The translations under genes and the position numbers were made by a program. From positions 224,001 to 288,000 of the forward strand of contig CAVUWV010000008.1 of assembly GCA_963745075.1 (NCBI GenBank): a stretch of 64,000 nucleotides of DNA, written 5' to 3'. Of this stretch, positions 30,265-40,432 are shown one piece after another; positions within the stretch are counted from its first letter, which is position 1, and the number at the start of each line of letters is the position of its first letter. The notes under the pieces are model-generated. The model searched no databases. It was given only the letters and a program-made list of their open reading frames with translations, and was not told where the DNA came from. This stretch comes from Candidatus Hydrogenedentota bacterium. Lineage in GTDB: Bacteria; Hydrogenedentota; Hydrogenedentia; Hydrogenedentales; SLHB01.

Positions 30265-32658
30265 GTGAAGGATGTGGAAGGCGACTGCGGACCCTATCGT
30301 ATTTCTCGCACGCTGGGAAGCGGGGGCATGGGGGTTGTATACGAGGCGTGGGACACCCGCCTGGATCGTCGAGTCGCGATCAAGATGGTGCACGGCCATC
30401 TGCTCGCCGTTCCTGGCGTACTGGCGGCGTTCAATCGGGAGGCGAGGCACGCCGCCCGCGTCGAGCACCCGAACGTCGTCCGCGTGTATCGCGTGGATGT
30501 CGTCGAAGGTCAGGTCGTCATTGAAATGCAGTATGTGGATGGGGTGCCGTTCAGCAGATTGCTGGATGCCGGCCCGATCTCGCCAACGCATGCGGCGAAT
30601 CTTCTGCGCCAACTGCTGGAGGCGTTGGCCGCATGTCACGAACAGGGAATTATCCACTGCGACTTGAAACCCGGTAATTTGCTGGTGACCCGGCACGATC
30701 GGGTCATGCTGACGGACTTTGGCGTGGCCCGTGCCTTCTATGAAGCCGGCGCCGCGCAGACAACGCCGGAGGCGCCGGCTTCGTTGCGATGGGGTACGCC
30801 TCAATACAGTCCGCCTGAGGCATGGTCGAATAACGCAATCACTCCTCAGTGGGATCTGTACACCGCGGGCGCGCTTATGTATGAGGCGCTCACGGGCAAT
30901 CCCCCGTTTCACGGACTATCCCGGGCCGATCTTGCAAACGCCGTGCGGACGAGAACGCCCCGGTCGATTTCGGCGATTCGTCCCGATGTTTCAGAAGCCT
31001 TTGCAGAACTGGTCATGCAACTGATGGCCCGCGATCCGGCGGTTCGTCCCGCCAGTGCAGGAGCGGCTTTGGTCCAACTAAACCGGTCGCCGGAATCACA
31101 GTCTTCCGGTCCGGACACGGAGCCGTTGGAGGAGATGCGCGGGGCAACCACGAGCCGGGAAGAGGGGTCACGCAAAACAAGACCGATGTATTTCGCTTTG
31201 GCCGCAGTGTTCGTGTTAGCCGGGCTCGGTGCGGTATCACATTTCCTCTACCATCATGCGAAGCCCGCTCCTATGGAGGCGGGCACGGTTACCCCCGCGT
31301 CGTCGCTCCGCGGAACCAGCGCGGACGAACTGCTGGTGGAGGGGAATTGCGCTCTCTTTGCTGCCGACGACGGGGTGCACGGCCGGGAACTTTGGCAGGT
31401 AGCTGCGGGGCAGAAACCAGAATTAGTCGCTGATATTGTGCCCGGCCCCCGCTCGTCCAATCCGCGACGATTTATGCTGCGACCGCAAGGCGGCTTCGTG
31501 TTCGCGGCCACGACCCCGGAAACCGGCGAGGAATTATGGTTCGCAAGTAGCCCCGGCGGAGGCCGGTATTCCGTGAGTCTTATCAAAGACATCATCCCTG
31601 GGCCAATGGGGAGCAACCCCGAGCCCGTTGCAGCGGCAGGCGCACTCGTTCTTTTCTACGCCACAACATTGCGGGAGGGGCGAGAGCTGTGGTGCACCAA
31701 TGTCCACGAGGGGCAAACCGCTATTGTGGCGGATGTTCTTCCGGGAGTTGGAAGCTCCGTCCCAATGAACCCGCGGGCGTACGCAGATAAAACCGGCGCT
31801 TACATCGTCGCGCTGAGCGATGCCGTGCGCGGATGCGTGCTGTATCGCTATGACTATGCCACCAACGCGCTCCGCGAAATCGGAGACGTCGCCGACGATA
31901 CCGCCGGTCTCGCCCGGGCGGGCCATCGAATCCTTTTCCCGAATACGGACGAAGACCATGGCTGGGAATTGTGGGCATACGACGAAGACACGGAGAATCT
32001 GGGGCTGTTAGCCGATTTGTCTCCGGGTAAAGCGTCGTCGAATCCGTCGGAACTGAAGACTTGGGGCGAGCGGGTCATGTTCCAGGCACGGACCCCTGAG
32101 TCGGGTGCGGAACTCTGGATTTCCGATGGCACGACCGCCGGCACGCATATGGTTGCCGACATCAATCCGGGTTCGGGTGACAGCGATCCCTACGATTTCA
32201 CCGTAGTTGACAAATATGTCTTCTTTCGCGCAAAGGACGACGCGTGCGGCCGGGAACTCTGGGTCACGGACGGGACAGGGAACGGCACATCGCGCGTGGC
32301 CGACATCATGCCCGGGGCGGCGTCCGGCGAGCCGTACAACTTGACTCCAACGGGTTCGTCGCTCGTTCTCACGGCCAATGATGGTGTACATGGCGAAGAG
32401 TTGTGGGGTGCCTTTGAGCGGGAAGGTGCATGGTCCGGCGCATTGCTGTTTGACCTTGAACCGGGTCGACAGAGTTCGGAACCGCATCGATTGCACTGGT
32501 GCGACAACGGATGCGGCTTTCTTCTCGCCACCATGCCGGAAGCGGGGGAAGTCGTGTACTTGTTGCGTAAGCCGGTGGTGAACCCCGTGAGCGCGGAAGG
32601 ATGGACTATCGAGCAGATTGCAGCAACGGCGCGAATTGGAAAGGAGGCACGGAAGTGA
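30265..32658 (+). CDS. Membrane Ser/Thr protein kinase with extracytoplasmic ELWxxDGT repeats
   Basis: LGSGGMGVVY, VAIK, HCDLKPGN, DFG, GTPQY. One TM helix, then repeated GRELW...DI.PG...SxP units (ELWISDGT, ELWVTDGT). Confidence 0.9.
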   Translation: MKDVEGDCGPYRISRTLGSGGMGVVYEAWDTRLDRRVAIKMVHGHLLAVPGVLAAFNREARHAARVEHPNVVRVYRVDVVEGQVVIEMQYVDGVPFSRLLDAGPISPTHAANLLRQLLEALAACHEQGIIHCDLKPGNLLVTRHDRVMLTDFGVARAFYEAGAAQTTPEAPASLRWGTPQYSPPEAWSNNAITPQWDLYTAGALMYEALTGNPPFHGLSRADLANAVRTRTPRSISAIRPDVSEAFAELVMQLMARDPAVRPASAGAALVQLNRSPESQSSGPDTEPLEEMRGATTSREEGSRKTRPMYFALAAVFVLAGLGAVSHFLYHHAKPAPMEAGTVTPASSLRGTSADELLVEGNCALFAADDGVHGRELWQVAAGQKPELVADIVPGPRSSNPRRFMLRPQGGFVFAATTPETGEELWFASSPGGGRYSVSLIKDIIPGPMGSNPEPVAAAGALVLFYATTLREGRELWCTNVHEGQTAIVADVLPGVGSSVPMNPRAYADKTGAYIVALSDAVRGCVLYRYDYATNALREIGDVADDTAGLARAGHRILFPNTDEDHGWELWAYDEDTENLGLLADLSPGKASSNPSELKTWGERVMFQARTPESGAELWISDGTTAGTHMVADINPGSGDSDPYDFTVVDKYVFFRAKDDACGRELWVTDGTGNGTSRVADIMPGAASGEPYNLTPTGSSLVLTANDGVHGEELWGAFEREGAWSGALLFDLEPGRQSSEPHRLHWCDNGCGFLLATMPEAGEVVYLLRKPVVNPVSAEGWTIEQIAATARIGKEARK

Positions 32659-34517
32659 CGGAGTCACAGGATGATTCGAAACCCGAGTATTGCCTTCGGG
32701 CTGTGACAGGACCGTTGGCGGGCAAGAGTTGGCATCTGACCGAGCCCGTTTCGCTCATAGGCCGCAATCTTGGCTGTCATGTGCGGATCGATGATACGCA
32801 CGTGTCACGAGTGCAGTGTGAATTGATCGCAGCACCGTACGGTATTCACATGCGGAACATCGGCCAACGCAATCCGACGCGGATAAACAACGTGTCGCGG
32901 GAGGAGGCGCATCTGCAGCCGGGAGACGTTTTGTCCTTCGCGGGGCTATCGTTCATTGTTGAACAGGCAGATGGGCCAGAGCCTCGTGGGTTGCACATGC
33001 CCGAAAACAACCGCACCACGCAGAGCTTTGCCGACGTCATACATCTCCGCGCGGAGTTTGACGAGCAAGCGTACGCGCGCGATACCCAGCTGACAGGTGA
33101 TTTGCACCGACTCCTGGGGTTGCTCCGATCGCTCGGTCGTGCCACGTCACTCGAATCGCTCTGTCAAACACTAACCGAACACTTAAAGGAACGGTTGCAG
33201 GCGGACGAGGTGTGGTTGGCCTGGCGCCTGCACCCGCAAGAGGAATTGGTCCTTTTCCCACCGGCGGCTCCGGAAAAGAACCGCAAAGCGCCCTTTCAAT
33301 TGATGCGCGACGCCTGCATTACTGCGGCGGGTATCATGATCACCGCGGCATCGACGTACGATAGAAGCGACCGTCGCACGATGGCCGCACCATTGCTGCA
33401 TGGCGGGCAGTGTTTTGGCGCTGTAGCCGTGGGTCGCACCCTCGCTTTGCCCGGTTACACGGAAAGCGATTTACAGCATTTGACCGCCGTCGCCGAATGC
33501 TCCGCGCCGTTGATTCGCGGAGCCGAGCGCATGGAGCAGTTGCAACGTGATAGCGGAAGCAATCCGGAAGGGACCGTGCCGCCGGCGACTTTGTTGAGTG
33601 CGAGCCATAGTATGCAGCGCGTACACACGGAGATTCGGCGTGCCGCCATCACCTTCGGTCACGTCATTCTGCAAGGGGAAACCGGCGCGGGCAAGGAACT
33701 TGCGGCACGCATGAATCATAACCTCAGCGCGCGCGCAAACGGACCCTACATTGTGGTCAATTGCGCGGCCATAGCGCCGGAGTTGTTTGAAAGCGAACTC
33801 TTCGGCCACGAACGCGGCGCGTTCACGGGCGCCCTTCGCCGCCGCCGCGGATTCTTCGAACTGGCCCACGGCGGTACGTTGTTTCTGGACGAAATCGGTG
33901 AACTCAGCCTCACCAACCAGGCCACGCTGCTGCGCGCCGTCGAAACCGGGCGGTTCCGCCCCGTGGGAGGTGAGTCGGAGATACAAGTCGATGTGCGCAT
34001 CATTTGTGCCACCAACCGAATGTTGCCGGACGTGAAACAGACGTATTTTCGCACGGACCTGTATCATCGGCTGGCCGGTTACATCGTCACGATACCTCCG
34101 CTGCGAGAGCATCGCGAAGACATCCCCGATCTTGCCCGTCATTTCCTGCGAGCCAGTGCGCCTAAGGCGCCCGCCCATCCCAAGGAGTTCACCAAGGAGG
34201 CCATGGACAAACTCGTCGCCTATGATTGGCCCGGGAACGTCCGGGAACTTCGCAACGTCGTCGAGCGTGCGTGTTTCTCGACGCAAGCCGCCTTTGTATC
34301 CAGTGACGATATCCATGTTGATCGGCCGGAAGCGTCCACTGCAATTCCGACCGGCACCGTATCGGTGGAAGAATTCGAACGCCAGCAGCTTATTGACGCG
34401 TTGCGGCAAAATGACAACAGCGCCTCAAAAGCGGCCAAGGCACTCGGGATTCCGCGAAGCACCATGTACTATAAGCTCTCCTACCACGGCATCAAGCCAC
34501 GAACTATGACACACTAA
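32655..34517 (+). CDS. FHA-GAF-sigma54-interacting (AAA+, Fis-HTH) transcriptional activator
   Basis: FHA (IGR...VSRVQ...NPT), GAF, GETGAGKE, ESELFGHERGAFTGA, LFLDEIGE, WPGNVREL, KAAKALGIPRSTMYYKL. The start overlaps the kinase stop. Confidence 0.92.
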   Translation: MTESQDDSKPEYCLRAVTGPLAGKSWHLTEPVSLIGRNLGCHVRIDDTHVSRVQCELIAAPYGIHMRNIGQRNPTRINNVSREEAHLQPGDVLSFAGLSFIVEQADGPEPRGLHMPENNRTTQSFADVIHLRAEFDEQAYARDTQLTGDLHRLLGLLRSLGRATSLESLCQTLTEHLKERLQADEVWLAWRLHPQEELVLFPPAAPEKNRKAPFQLMRDACITAAGIMITAASTYDRSDRRTMAAPLLHGGQCFGAVAVGRTLALPGYTESDLQHLTAVAECSAPLIRGAERMEQLQRDSGSNPEGTVPPATLLSASHSMQRVHTEIRRAAITFGHVILQGETGAGKELAARMNHNLSARANGPYIVVNCAAIAPELFESELFGHERGAFTGALRRRRGFFELAHGGTLFLDEIGELSLTNQATLLRAVETGRFRPVGGESEIQVDVRIICATNRMLPDVKQTYFRTDLYHRLAGYIVTIPPLREHREDIPDLARHFLRASAPKAPAHPKEFTKEAMDKLVAYDWPGNVRELRNVVERACFSTQAAFVSSDDIHVDRPEASTAIPTGTVSVEEFERQQLIDALRQNDNSASKAAKALGIPRSTMYYKLSYHGIKPRTMTH

Positions 34518-34954
34518 TTCTCATCCGCGTTCCTGGCACTCGCTATGCCATGGCGTCCACCTGGATTGGGCTGGACTACCGGAGTTTTGCCACGGAATAC
34601 CGAACCCGCATAAACCTTCGCTGATCGTTTCCCGTTCAACCTTTCGCATTGCCCGCCTCGCGTTAGTTTGATCCCCCATCCGCCTGAAGCTCGGCGAGCA
34701 CGTTGTCCAGCACGACGAATCCGGCGCCCCGACGTTGCTTCATTCCCGCCATGGCCGCGGCGAAATTCACATTCAAACACACTTCACTTGGGCCGTGGAA
34801 TGGTGGGTCACCCGCTCAGGCCCTCTCCAGAAACAGGAGACATTTCTAACGAGTCTTGACGATTCACGGTCCTGCTCTTTGCATCCCGCCGGCAATCGCG
34901 TATCATAGCGGTTTACGAATAGGTGCATTGATCTCGAGAACTTAGGAGGCATTC

Positions 34955-36283
34955 ATGTCGTACTCGATCACGAGGCGTGATTTCGTTAAGTCCGCCACGC
35001 TTACCATCTCAGTTGCCGCGGCCGGTCCTGCGATTGCGAAGCCGGGTTCGGCAAACGACAAACTCGATATCGCCATCGTCGGTGTGGGCGGCCAGGGCCA
35101 TTACAGTTACGAAAACCTGAGCAAGGAGAACATCGTCGCCATCGCCGACGTGGATTCCGAGCGCGCAGGCAAACCCTTCGCGGAGATGGACCCGTCGCAC
35201 CGTTTCAAAGACTTTCGTGTCATGCTGGACAAGGTGCAGAACTCCATCGACGCCGTCGTCGTGGCGACGCCGGACCACTCGCACTTCCATGCCGCTCACA
35301 TGGCGATGGACCTCGGCAAGCACCTCTACCTCGAGAAGCCCATGGCCCACAACGTGTGGGAAGCGCGCACGCTGACCGAATTGGCCGCCCGCAACGGACT
35401 CGCCACCCAACTCGGCATGCAGCGGCACGTCAAAGACAACATGCACCGCGTCACGGAATTGATTCAGGCCGGTGCGATCGGTGACGTGACCGAAGTGCAC
35501 AGTTGGGTCGGCAGCGACCGCGGCATGGTTCCGCGACAGACCGAACCACAAACCGTTCCCGATACGCTGGACTATGACCTCTGGCTCGGGCCGGTGGAGT
35601 ACAAGCCTTACGACTCTAACATCACGCCCTACGGCTGGCGCTTCTGGTGGGACTTCGGCACCGGCGAATCGGGGAACTGGGGTTGTCACATCCTGGACAT
35701 CCCCTTCACCGCGCTGGGCCTCGACTTCCCCACGCACGCCGGCGCGACCGGACCCGACCCCGATCCGGAGATGACGACCAAATCCATGCACAGTTGGTTC
35801 GATTTCCCGGCGAAGGGCGACCGCAAGGCGCTCAAACTGCACTGGTACCAAGCGAAAGGCGGCCCGCCCATTTTCGAGGAATTGGGACTGCCTGCCAAAG
35901 GCAACAACCTCTTCATCGGCACCAAGGGCGTGCTGAACTGCGGATTCGACGACCGCCGCCTGTACCAGAAAGACGCGAACGGCGAATGGAAGCTGGTCCT
36001 GACGGACAAAGATTCCATGGACTTCGACATACCGCCGCAAACCGTCCCCGATTCGCCCGGCTTCCATCAGGAATGGGTCAACGCGTGCAAAGGCGATCCC
36101 ACGCCGCCGGCCTGCAACTTCAGTTGGACCGGCCCGCTCTCCGAAACGGTGCTCTTGGCCAACGCGGCCTACCGCGCGCAATCCGAGTTCGATTGGGATC
36201 ATACGACCATGACCTGCACCGGCGCCCCGAAAGCCCAAGCCTACATCCGGCGAACGTTTAAGAAAGGTTGGGAGATCGCTTAG
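34955..36283 (+). CDS. Tat-exported Gfo/Idh/MocA oxidoreductase
   Basis: TRRDFVK twin-arginine signal, IVGVGGQG, ATPDHSH, YLEKP, GNWGCHILD. Confidence 0.92.
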   Translation: MSYSITRRDFVKSATLTISVAAAGPAIAKPGSANDKLDIAIVGVGGQGHYSYENLSKENIVAIADVDSERAGKPFAEMDPSHRFKDFRVMLDKVQNSIDAVVVATPDHSHFHAAHMAMDLGKHLYLEKPMAHNVWEARTLTELAARNGLATQLGMQRHVKDNMHRVTELIQAGAIGDVTEVHSWVGSDRGMVPRQTEPQTVPDTLDYDLWLGPVEYKPYDSNITPYGWRFWWDFGTGESGNWGCHILDIPFTALGLDFPTHAGATGPDPDPEMTTKSMHSWFDFPAKGDRKALKLHWYQAKGGPPIFEELGLPAKGNNLFIGTKGVLNCGFDDRRLYQKDANGEWKLVLTDKDSMDFDIPPQTVPDSPGFHQEWVNACKGDPTPPACNFSWTGPLSETVLLANAAYRAQSEFDWDHTTMTCTGAPKAQAYIRRTFKKGWEIA

Positions 36284-36391
36284 CGCGGCATCGCAGCGAA
36301 CAAATCCGAATATCCGGACCGTCGATTGAGGAACCTGGACACTCAGACGTACTGTTTCGACCGGCAATTAGAGCTATGGTACAATTCACCT

Positions 36392-36604
36392 ATGAGCAAG
36401 CGAATGACAGCCGATGACATTCTCCCGCTCATTGCAGGGCTTTCAACACAGGAACGGGTCCGGCTAATTCGACTAATCTCCGGGACTCCGTGCTGCCGTG
36501 ACGATGGCGCTGTCTATTCTGAAACCCCGCCCAGAGACTCCGAATTCTCAAGCGAAGACGATCCTCTTGCGTGGGAAGGGGATGGATGGGAGGAATTCGA
36601 TTGA
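36392..36604 (+). CDS. Small acidic protein, putative antitoxin
   Basis: 70 aa, overlaps the mazF-like start by 4 nt, and has an acidic C-terminus (SSEDDPLAWEGDGWEEFD). Confidence 0.65.
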   Translation: MSKRMTADDILPLIAGLSTQERVRLIRLISGTPCCRDDGAVYSETPPRDSEFSSEDDPLAWEGDGWEEFD

Positions 36605-36929
36605 TCCGAGGGGAAATCCGGTGGTACACCTTTCGAATCCCTGACAAACGGCGTCCCGTTCTCATCCTCACCCGTGACGAGATCATTGATCGGCTTAACG
36701 AAATCATCGTTGTACCGGCAACTCGAACCATACGAGGGCTGGAAAGTGAAGTACTCCTGACGGTCGAGGATCAGATGCCAACGAACTGTGCCCTGAACTT
36801 CGATCATGTGTCTCTCGCACAACGTGCTCGCATTGGCCCACTGCTTTGCACGCTTCGCGAAGAGCGATGGCCCGAAATACGGCGGCACTGCTGGTTGCTT
36901 GTGGATTCGGCGAGGGAGTGTTTGAATAA
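36601..36929 (+). CDS. PemK/MazF family toxin (apparent 1-nt frameshift near 36885)
   Basis: RGEIRWY...KRRPVLILT...IIVVPAT...IRGL...CALNFDHV. Restoring one G gives the C-terminus RRALLVACGF. Confidence 0.85.
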
Positions 36930-37067
36930 CAGGTTCTCCGTCCCGTGCCGAACAATCTCGCAGACATGCCTCAAGTCCCCGCTGAACCTGGCGCATCCCC
37001 ACTCACCTGCACGAAATCCAATCCCCGTTCGTGCGTGCCGGGCCGAACGTTTTCGTCCGGGAACTGA

Positions 37068-37610
37068 CTAAGGCGGCCGTTCGAGCGAAGTACCAGAGGC
37101 AGGAACTGGGAAGACCGCGTGAAATCGCCGCCCGCGCCGGTCTTTCCGCCGGACCGCATCACGCGTGTTTTCTTCGTGAAGCTGTAGGGCAAGAATCCCT
37201 GATTCGAACGTCAAGTGGATTTCCCGGCCCTCCGATTCCCAGGTACCGTCAACCGTATGTTCCTGTCGCGGTTCCACCTCTTGCACGGCGGGGTTGTCGG
37301 GATCGACGTAGTCGAACAACCCCGTGTCGATATCCATCCATACCCGCATGGTGAACGTCCCATCCGGGCGTATGTCCAGTTCAACCCCCTGCTCACCGGA
37401 CGCGTTCTTCTCCCGCACCGACTCCTGGGCGCGGGCGTTCATTTGTTTCGCATTGGAAAGGCTATCGGGCACGAACCCGGCGGATACCGGTAGCCCGGAC
37501 CGCCATTTACCGACGAAGGCCGGATTGTGCTCGGTCTCGCGGTCACATCCCGCGATTAAAGCAACTGCCACGATCAAGTAATACCCGTGTGTACTCACCG
37601 TTCGTTTCAT
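37068..37610 (-). CDS. Hypothetical lipoprotein (lipocalin-like G-x-W motifs; 3' end uncertain)
   Basis: MKR...LIVAVALIAGC lipobox, FVGKW, RPDGTF, GTW. Confidence 0.55.
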   Translation of the reverse strand: MKRTVSTHGYYLIVAVALIAGCDRETEHNPAFVGKWRSGLPVSAGFVPDSLSNAKQMNARAQESVREKNASGEQGVELDIRPDGTFTMRVWMDIDTGLFDYVDPDNPAVQEVEPRQEHTVDGTWESEGREIHLTFESGILALQLHEENTRDAVRRKDRRGRRFHAVFPVPASGTSLERPP

Positions 37611-37908
37611 GGAGGACGTCCAATCGCCAAGATTGTGGCGCAGCGTTGGATTAAGAATGCGCCGGACGCGATTTGCCTGTGGAAGTAGATGTGAGTTTCG
37701 ATTGTCCATACGAATGGGCCCGCGATCAATTACGTGCCGACTCGACACGTTTTGACGCGGAGCGGAGTACGCGATCGGGGTAGCGTGCGCGCTCTTCAAA
37801 CACCGGTGCCCCGGTGGATTTGTGCTGTCAGTTGCTGGACAACGCGGAGGAGTTTGTTCAAGATATCGCTGTCCGAATAGACGAGGTGTACACGTTGGAG
37901 GATCGTCG

Positions 37909-38670
37909 GTGACCGAGCAGGAACTCTTCCCCTACGTCGTTGCCTTCGGGTTCCTGGTTGCTGCCGTCGTTTTCATCCGCCTCTTCTTTCAGAACGCCCC
38001 CTACGGGCGCTACATCCGCGGGGGCTGGGGTCCGACCGTTCCCGCGCGGCTGGGCTGGATTGTGATGGAAACGCCCGCGGTGCTGACCATCGCGTGGTTC
38101 CTGTTAAGCGGGCGCAACGGCGATGCGCCGATGACGATCGTCTTCCTCATCATCTGGCAGATTCATTACCTCCACCGCGCCTACATCTTTCCATTCCGGA
38201 TACGCGTTACGGGCAAACGCATGCCCATGGTCATTGCAGTCTTCGCGATCGTGTTCAACCTGTACAACGGCTACGTGAACGGCCGGTACCTGGGTGCGTT
38301 CGCCGATCCGTACCCTTTGTCGTGGCTGTACGATCCGCGCTTCATCGTGGGGGCGGTCGCTTTCTTCATCGGCTTCGCGATCAACCTGCACGCCGACACC
38401 GTGTTGATCCACCTGCGCAAACCGGGCGAGACGGATTACAAGATCCCGCATGGCGGAATGTATCGGTACCTCTCCTGCCCGAACTACTTCGGCGAGTTGC
38501 TGGAATGGACCGGCTGGGCCATCCTGACCTGGTCCATCCCCGGCCTCCTCTTTGCCACATGGACCGCAGCCAACCTCCTACCCCGCGCATTCAACACCCA
38601 TCGCTGGTACCACGAGAAGTTCCCCGACTACCCTCCCGAACGCAAGGCGGTCATCCCGTTCCTGCTCTGA
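37909..38670 (+). CDS. 3-oxo-5-alpha-steroid 4-dehydrogenase (steroid 5-alpha-reductase) family protein
   Basis: APYGRY, WIVMETPA, HYLHRA, YKIPHGG, SCPNYFGELLEW, NLLPRA, HRWY, RKAVIPF. Confidence 0.92.
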   Translation: MTEQELFPYVVAFGFLVAAVVFIRLFFQNAPYGRYIRGGWGPTVPARLGWIVMETPAVLTIAWFLLSGRNGDAPMTIVFLIIWQIHYLHRAYIFPFRIRVTGKRMPMVIAVFAIVFNLYNGYVNGRYLGAFADPYPLSWLYDPRFIVGAVAFFIGFAINLHADTVLIHLRKPGETDYKIPHGGMYRYLSCPNYFGELLEWTGWAILTWSIPGLLFATWTAANLLPRAFNTHRWYHEKFPDYPPERKAVIPFLL

Positions 38671-38832
38671 GCGTTTGGTGTGCTCGCCTGGACTAACATT
38701 GCGCAGTTTCCAGGGTACCTTCTATTCCGATCCGCACGTTCCGCTCTCCAAGTTCGGCACCGGAGACATCGGCAGTTCCCTGTGATACACTGCGCCCCGC
38801 AAGGTGTGGCGGATCTACTTCAGAGGTGCACG

Positions 38833-39876
38833 ATGAAACCACATATCCCCAAGATCCTCGCGGCATGTTCGCTGATACTGAACTCATGCGCGCTGATCTT
38901 TTTCGTAAGGTGGCTCTTTAAGCTAAAAGTTTCTGGCATTGCCGGCCATGTTGGTTTTCAAGTGACGCATCGAGGACCGGTGGAGTGGTTGATAGCGGCT
39001 CTCGTGCTCTCCATCCTTGGCGTACTAACGACGGTTGTCAGCCTGATCGGCCTGACGCGTAAGCGCGGTGCTGCGCACCCGACCCATTCATCATGGCTGC
39101 GCGTGTTGACCGGCCTCGCGCTCCTGGGCGTTACCGCGCCGGCAATTGGTATCATTCCAGGCAGTGCATTGCTGCTGCCAAGTGCACAACGGGAAGCCCG
39201 CCGAGAGGCCGCAATCCACGATCTACCCGAAATAGACCGGCTTCTGAAGGCCCTGAAAGATGAAAATTACGACGTCCGCCGCGACGCAGCGCAAAAGCTC
39301 AGAAGCGAATCGTGGCTGCCCGAAAGCGCAATTCCCACGCTCACGAAGGCAGCGGCGCGCCATGATGGAGAGCCCAGTACTTTGTCCGTCCAAGCGCTGG
39401 CCCATTTCCACAATATCCCGGACGATGTGGCCCCTCGCCTGGTGGGCTTACTGGACACGCCGGAGATAGGCCCCGTCGCGGGAGAGGTTTTGGGCGGGTT
39501 TGGCGAGACGGGTGTTGATGCATTGTTGAAGGCATCAAAATCGCGAGATGCGCAGGTGCGCCAGTCTGCCGCGCACGGCCTGGGAAAATGTTCCAACTTT
39601 AAGGAAGAAATAATCCCGCAGCTCACGGGACTGCTCAGCGATGAGAACGGCTCCGTGAGGGCGGCTGCTGCGATGTCTCTGGGCAGTTGGGGCGTCAAAT
39701 CGAAATCCGCGCTTCCGATACTGCAATCCATGGCAAACGATCCCGACCCCGATGCCCGCAGCGATGCGGGATGGGCCGCCCGTGAAATTGCAAGTCGAAC
39801 CAGATCGCCCAGTCAGCCGTTACCGTTACGCGACGGTGGGCCTTTGGGCCAAACAAAAAGCGCCCCGGCCCAGTAA
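38833..39876 (+). CDS. Membrane protein with HEAT repeats
   Basis: Three TM helices, then HEAT repeats (LKDENYDVRRDAA, DAQVRQSAAHGLG, LSDENGSVRAAAAMSLG). Confidence 0.8.
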   Translation: MKPHIPKILAACSLILNSCALIFFVRWLFKLKVSGIAGHVGFQVTHRGPVEWLIAALVLSILGVLTTVVSLIGLTRKRGAAHPTHSSWLRVLTGLALLGVTAPAIGIIPGSALLLPSAQREARREAAIHDLPEIDRLLKALKDENYDVRRDAAQKLRSESWLPESAIPTLTKAAARHDGEPSTLSVQALAHFHNIPDDVAPRLVGLLDTPEIGPVAGEVLGGFGETGVDALLKASKSRDAQVRQSAAHGLGKCSNFKEEIIPQLTGLLSDENGSVRAAAAMSLGSWGVKSKSALPILQSMANDPDPDARSDAGWAAREIASRTRSPSQPLPLRDGGPLGQTKSAPAQ

Positions 39877-39953
39877 TCACCGGACCGGGGCATATATGCA
39901 TAAACCCCGGCTAAAAAGTACTGCCGCCGAGGGAAGGCATATGGCTCCCCGAG
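39848..39953. repeat. Copy 1 of a 106-bp direct repeat (tRNA 3' end, trailer and terminator)
   Basis: Nearly identical to 40327-40432. Similarity continues through the pseudo-tRNA. Confidence 0.9.
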
Positions 39954-40044
39954 TCACGCCGCACGCGTGATCTGCGACAGACTCGAACTTGCGACCTAGT
40001 GGTTAATCCCGCGTGCCGCGGGACTCTACCAACTGAACTCGGGA
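39942..40044 (-). pseudogene. Pseudo-tRNA-Asn disrupted by two 17-nt palindromes
   Basis: Aligns with 40421-40496, with TCACGCCGCACGCGTGA (39954-39970) inserted and TCCCGCGTGCCGCGGGA (40007-40023) replacing the anticodon-stem 5' arm. The 5' end is degenerate. Confidence 0.85.
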
Positions 40045-40311
40045 TTACTCGGGGTCTCCCCGTGTCACGTCATCGAAATAGCGCCCGATGCCCCGTTTCT
40101 TGATCTTCTTTTCCAACGCCATGGCCTCGGCCCGGGTCGGCAATTCGCATTTCCAGACGAGTTCCCATGGGCCTTCGAAACGCTTTGTAGTCTTGGAGCC
40201 ATGATAGTCAGGATCGTTGTGTTGGGCGATGCGGCGTTCGACATTGTCAGACGAGCCACAGTAGTAACGCCCCGTGGTTGCGCTTCGCAGAATATACGTC
40301 CAGCAAGGCAT
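40045..40311 (-). CDS. Small stand-alone GIY-YIG nuclease (88 aa)
   Basis: WTYILRS...YYCGSSDNVERRIAQHN...KTTKR..GPWELVW...RAEAMALEKKIKK: GIY/YIG-equivalent motifs with the conserved Arg, His and Glu. Confidence 0.92.
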   Translation of the reverse strand: MPCWTYILRSATTGRYYCGSSDNVERRIAQHNDPDYHGSKTTKRFEGPWELVWKCELPTRAEAMALEKKIKKRGIGRYFDDVTRGDPE

Positions 40312-40326
40312 CGGTAGCCCCCTACC

Positions 40327-40432
40327 GCCAAACAAAAAGCGCCCCGGTCCAGGTTGCACCGGACCGGGGCATATATGCATAAACCCCGGCTAAAAGATAC
40401 TGCCGCCGAGGGAAGGCATATGGCTCCCCGAG
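40327..40432. repeat. Copy 2 of the 106-bp direct repeat, containing the tRNA terminator
   Basis: Minus-strand hairpin GCCCCGGTCC...GGACCGGGGC followed by GCTTTTTGTTT. Confidence 0.9.

Noticed and set aside
34533..34548. Second sigma-54-like promoter CTGGCACTCGCTATGC
   Set aside because: GG-N10-GC spacing is right, but the -12 element is imperfect and the next gene is ~400 bp away. No IHF or UAS support.
39848..40432. Prophage or integrative-element attL/attR
   Set aside because: The repeats enclose only the pseudo-tRNA and nuclease gene, there is no integrase, and the duplication includes the whole tRNA and terminator.
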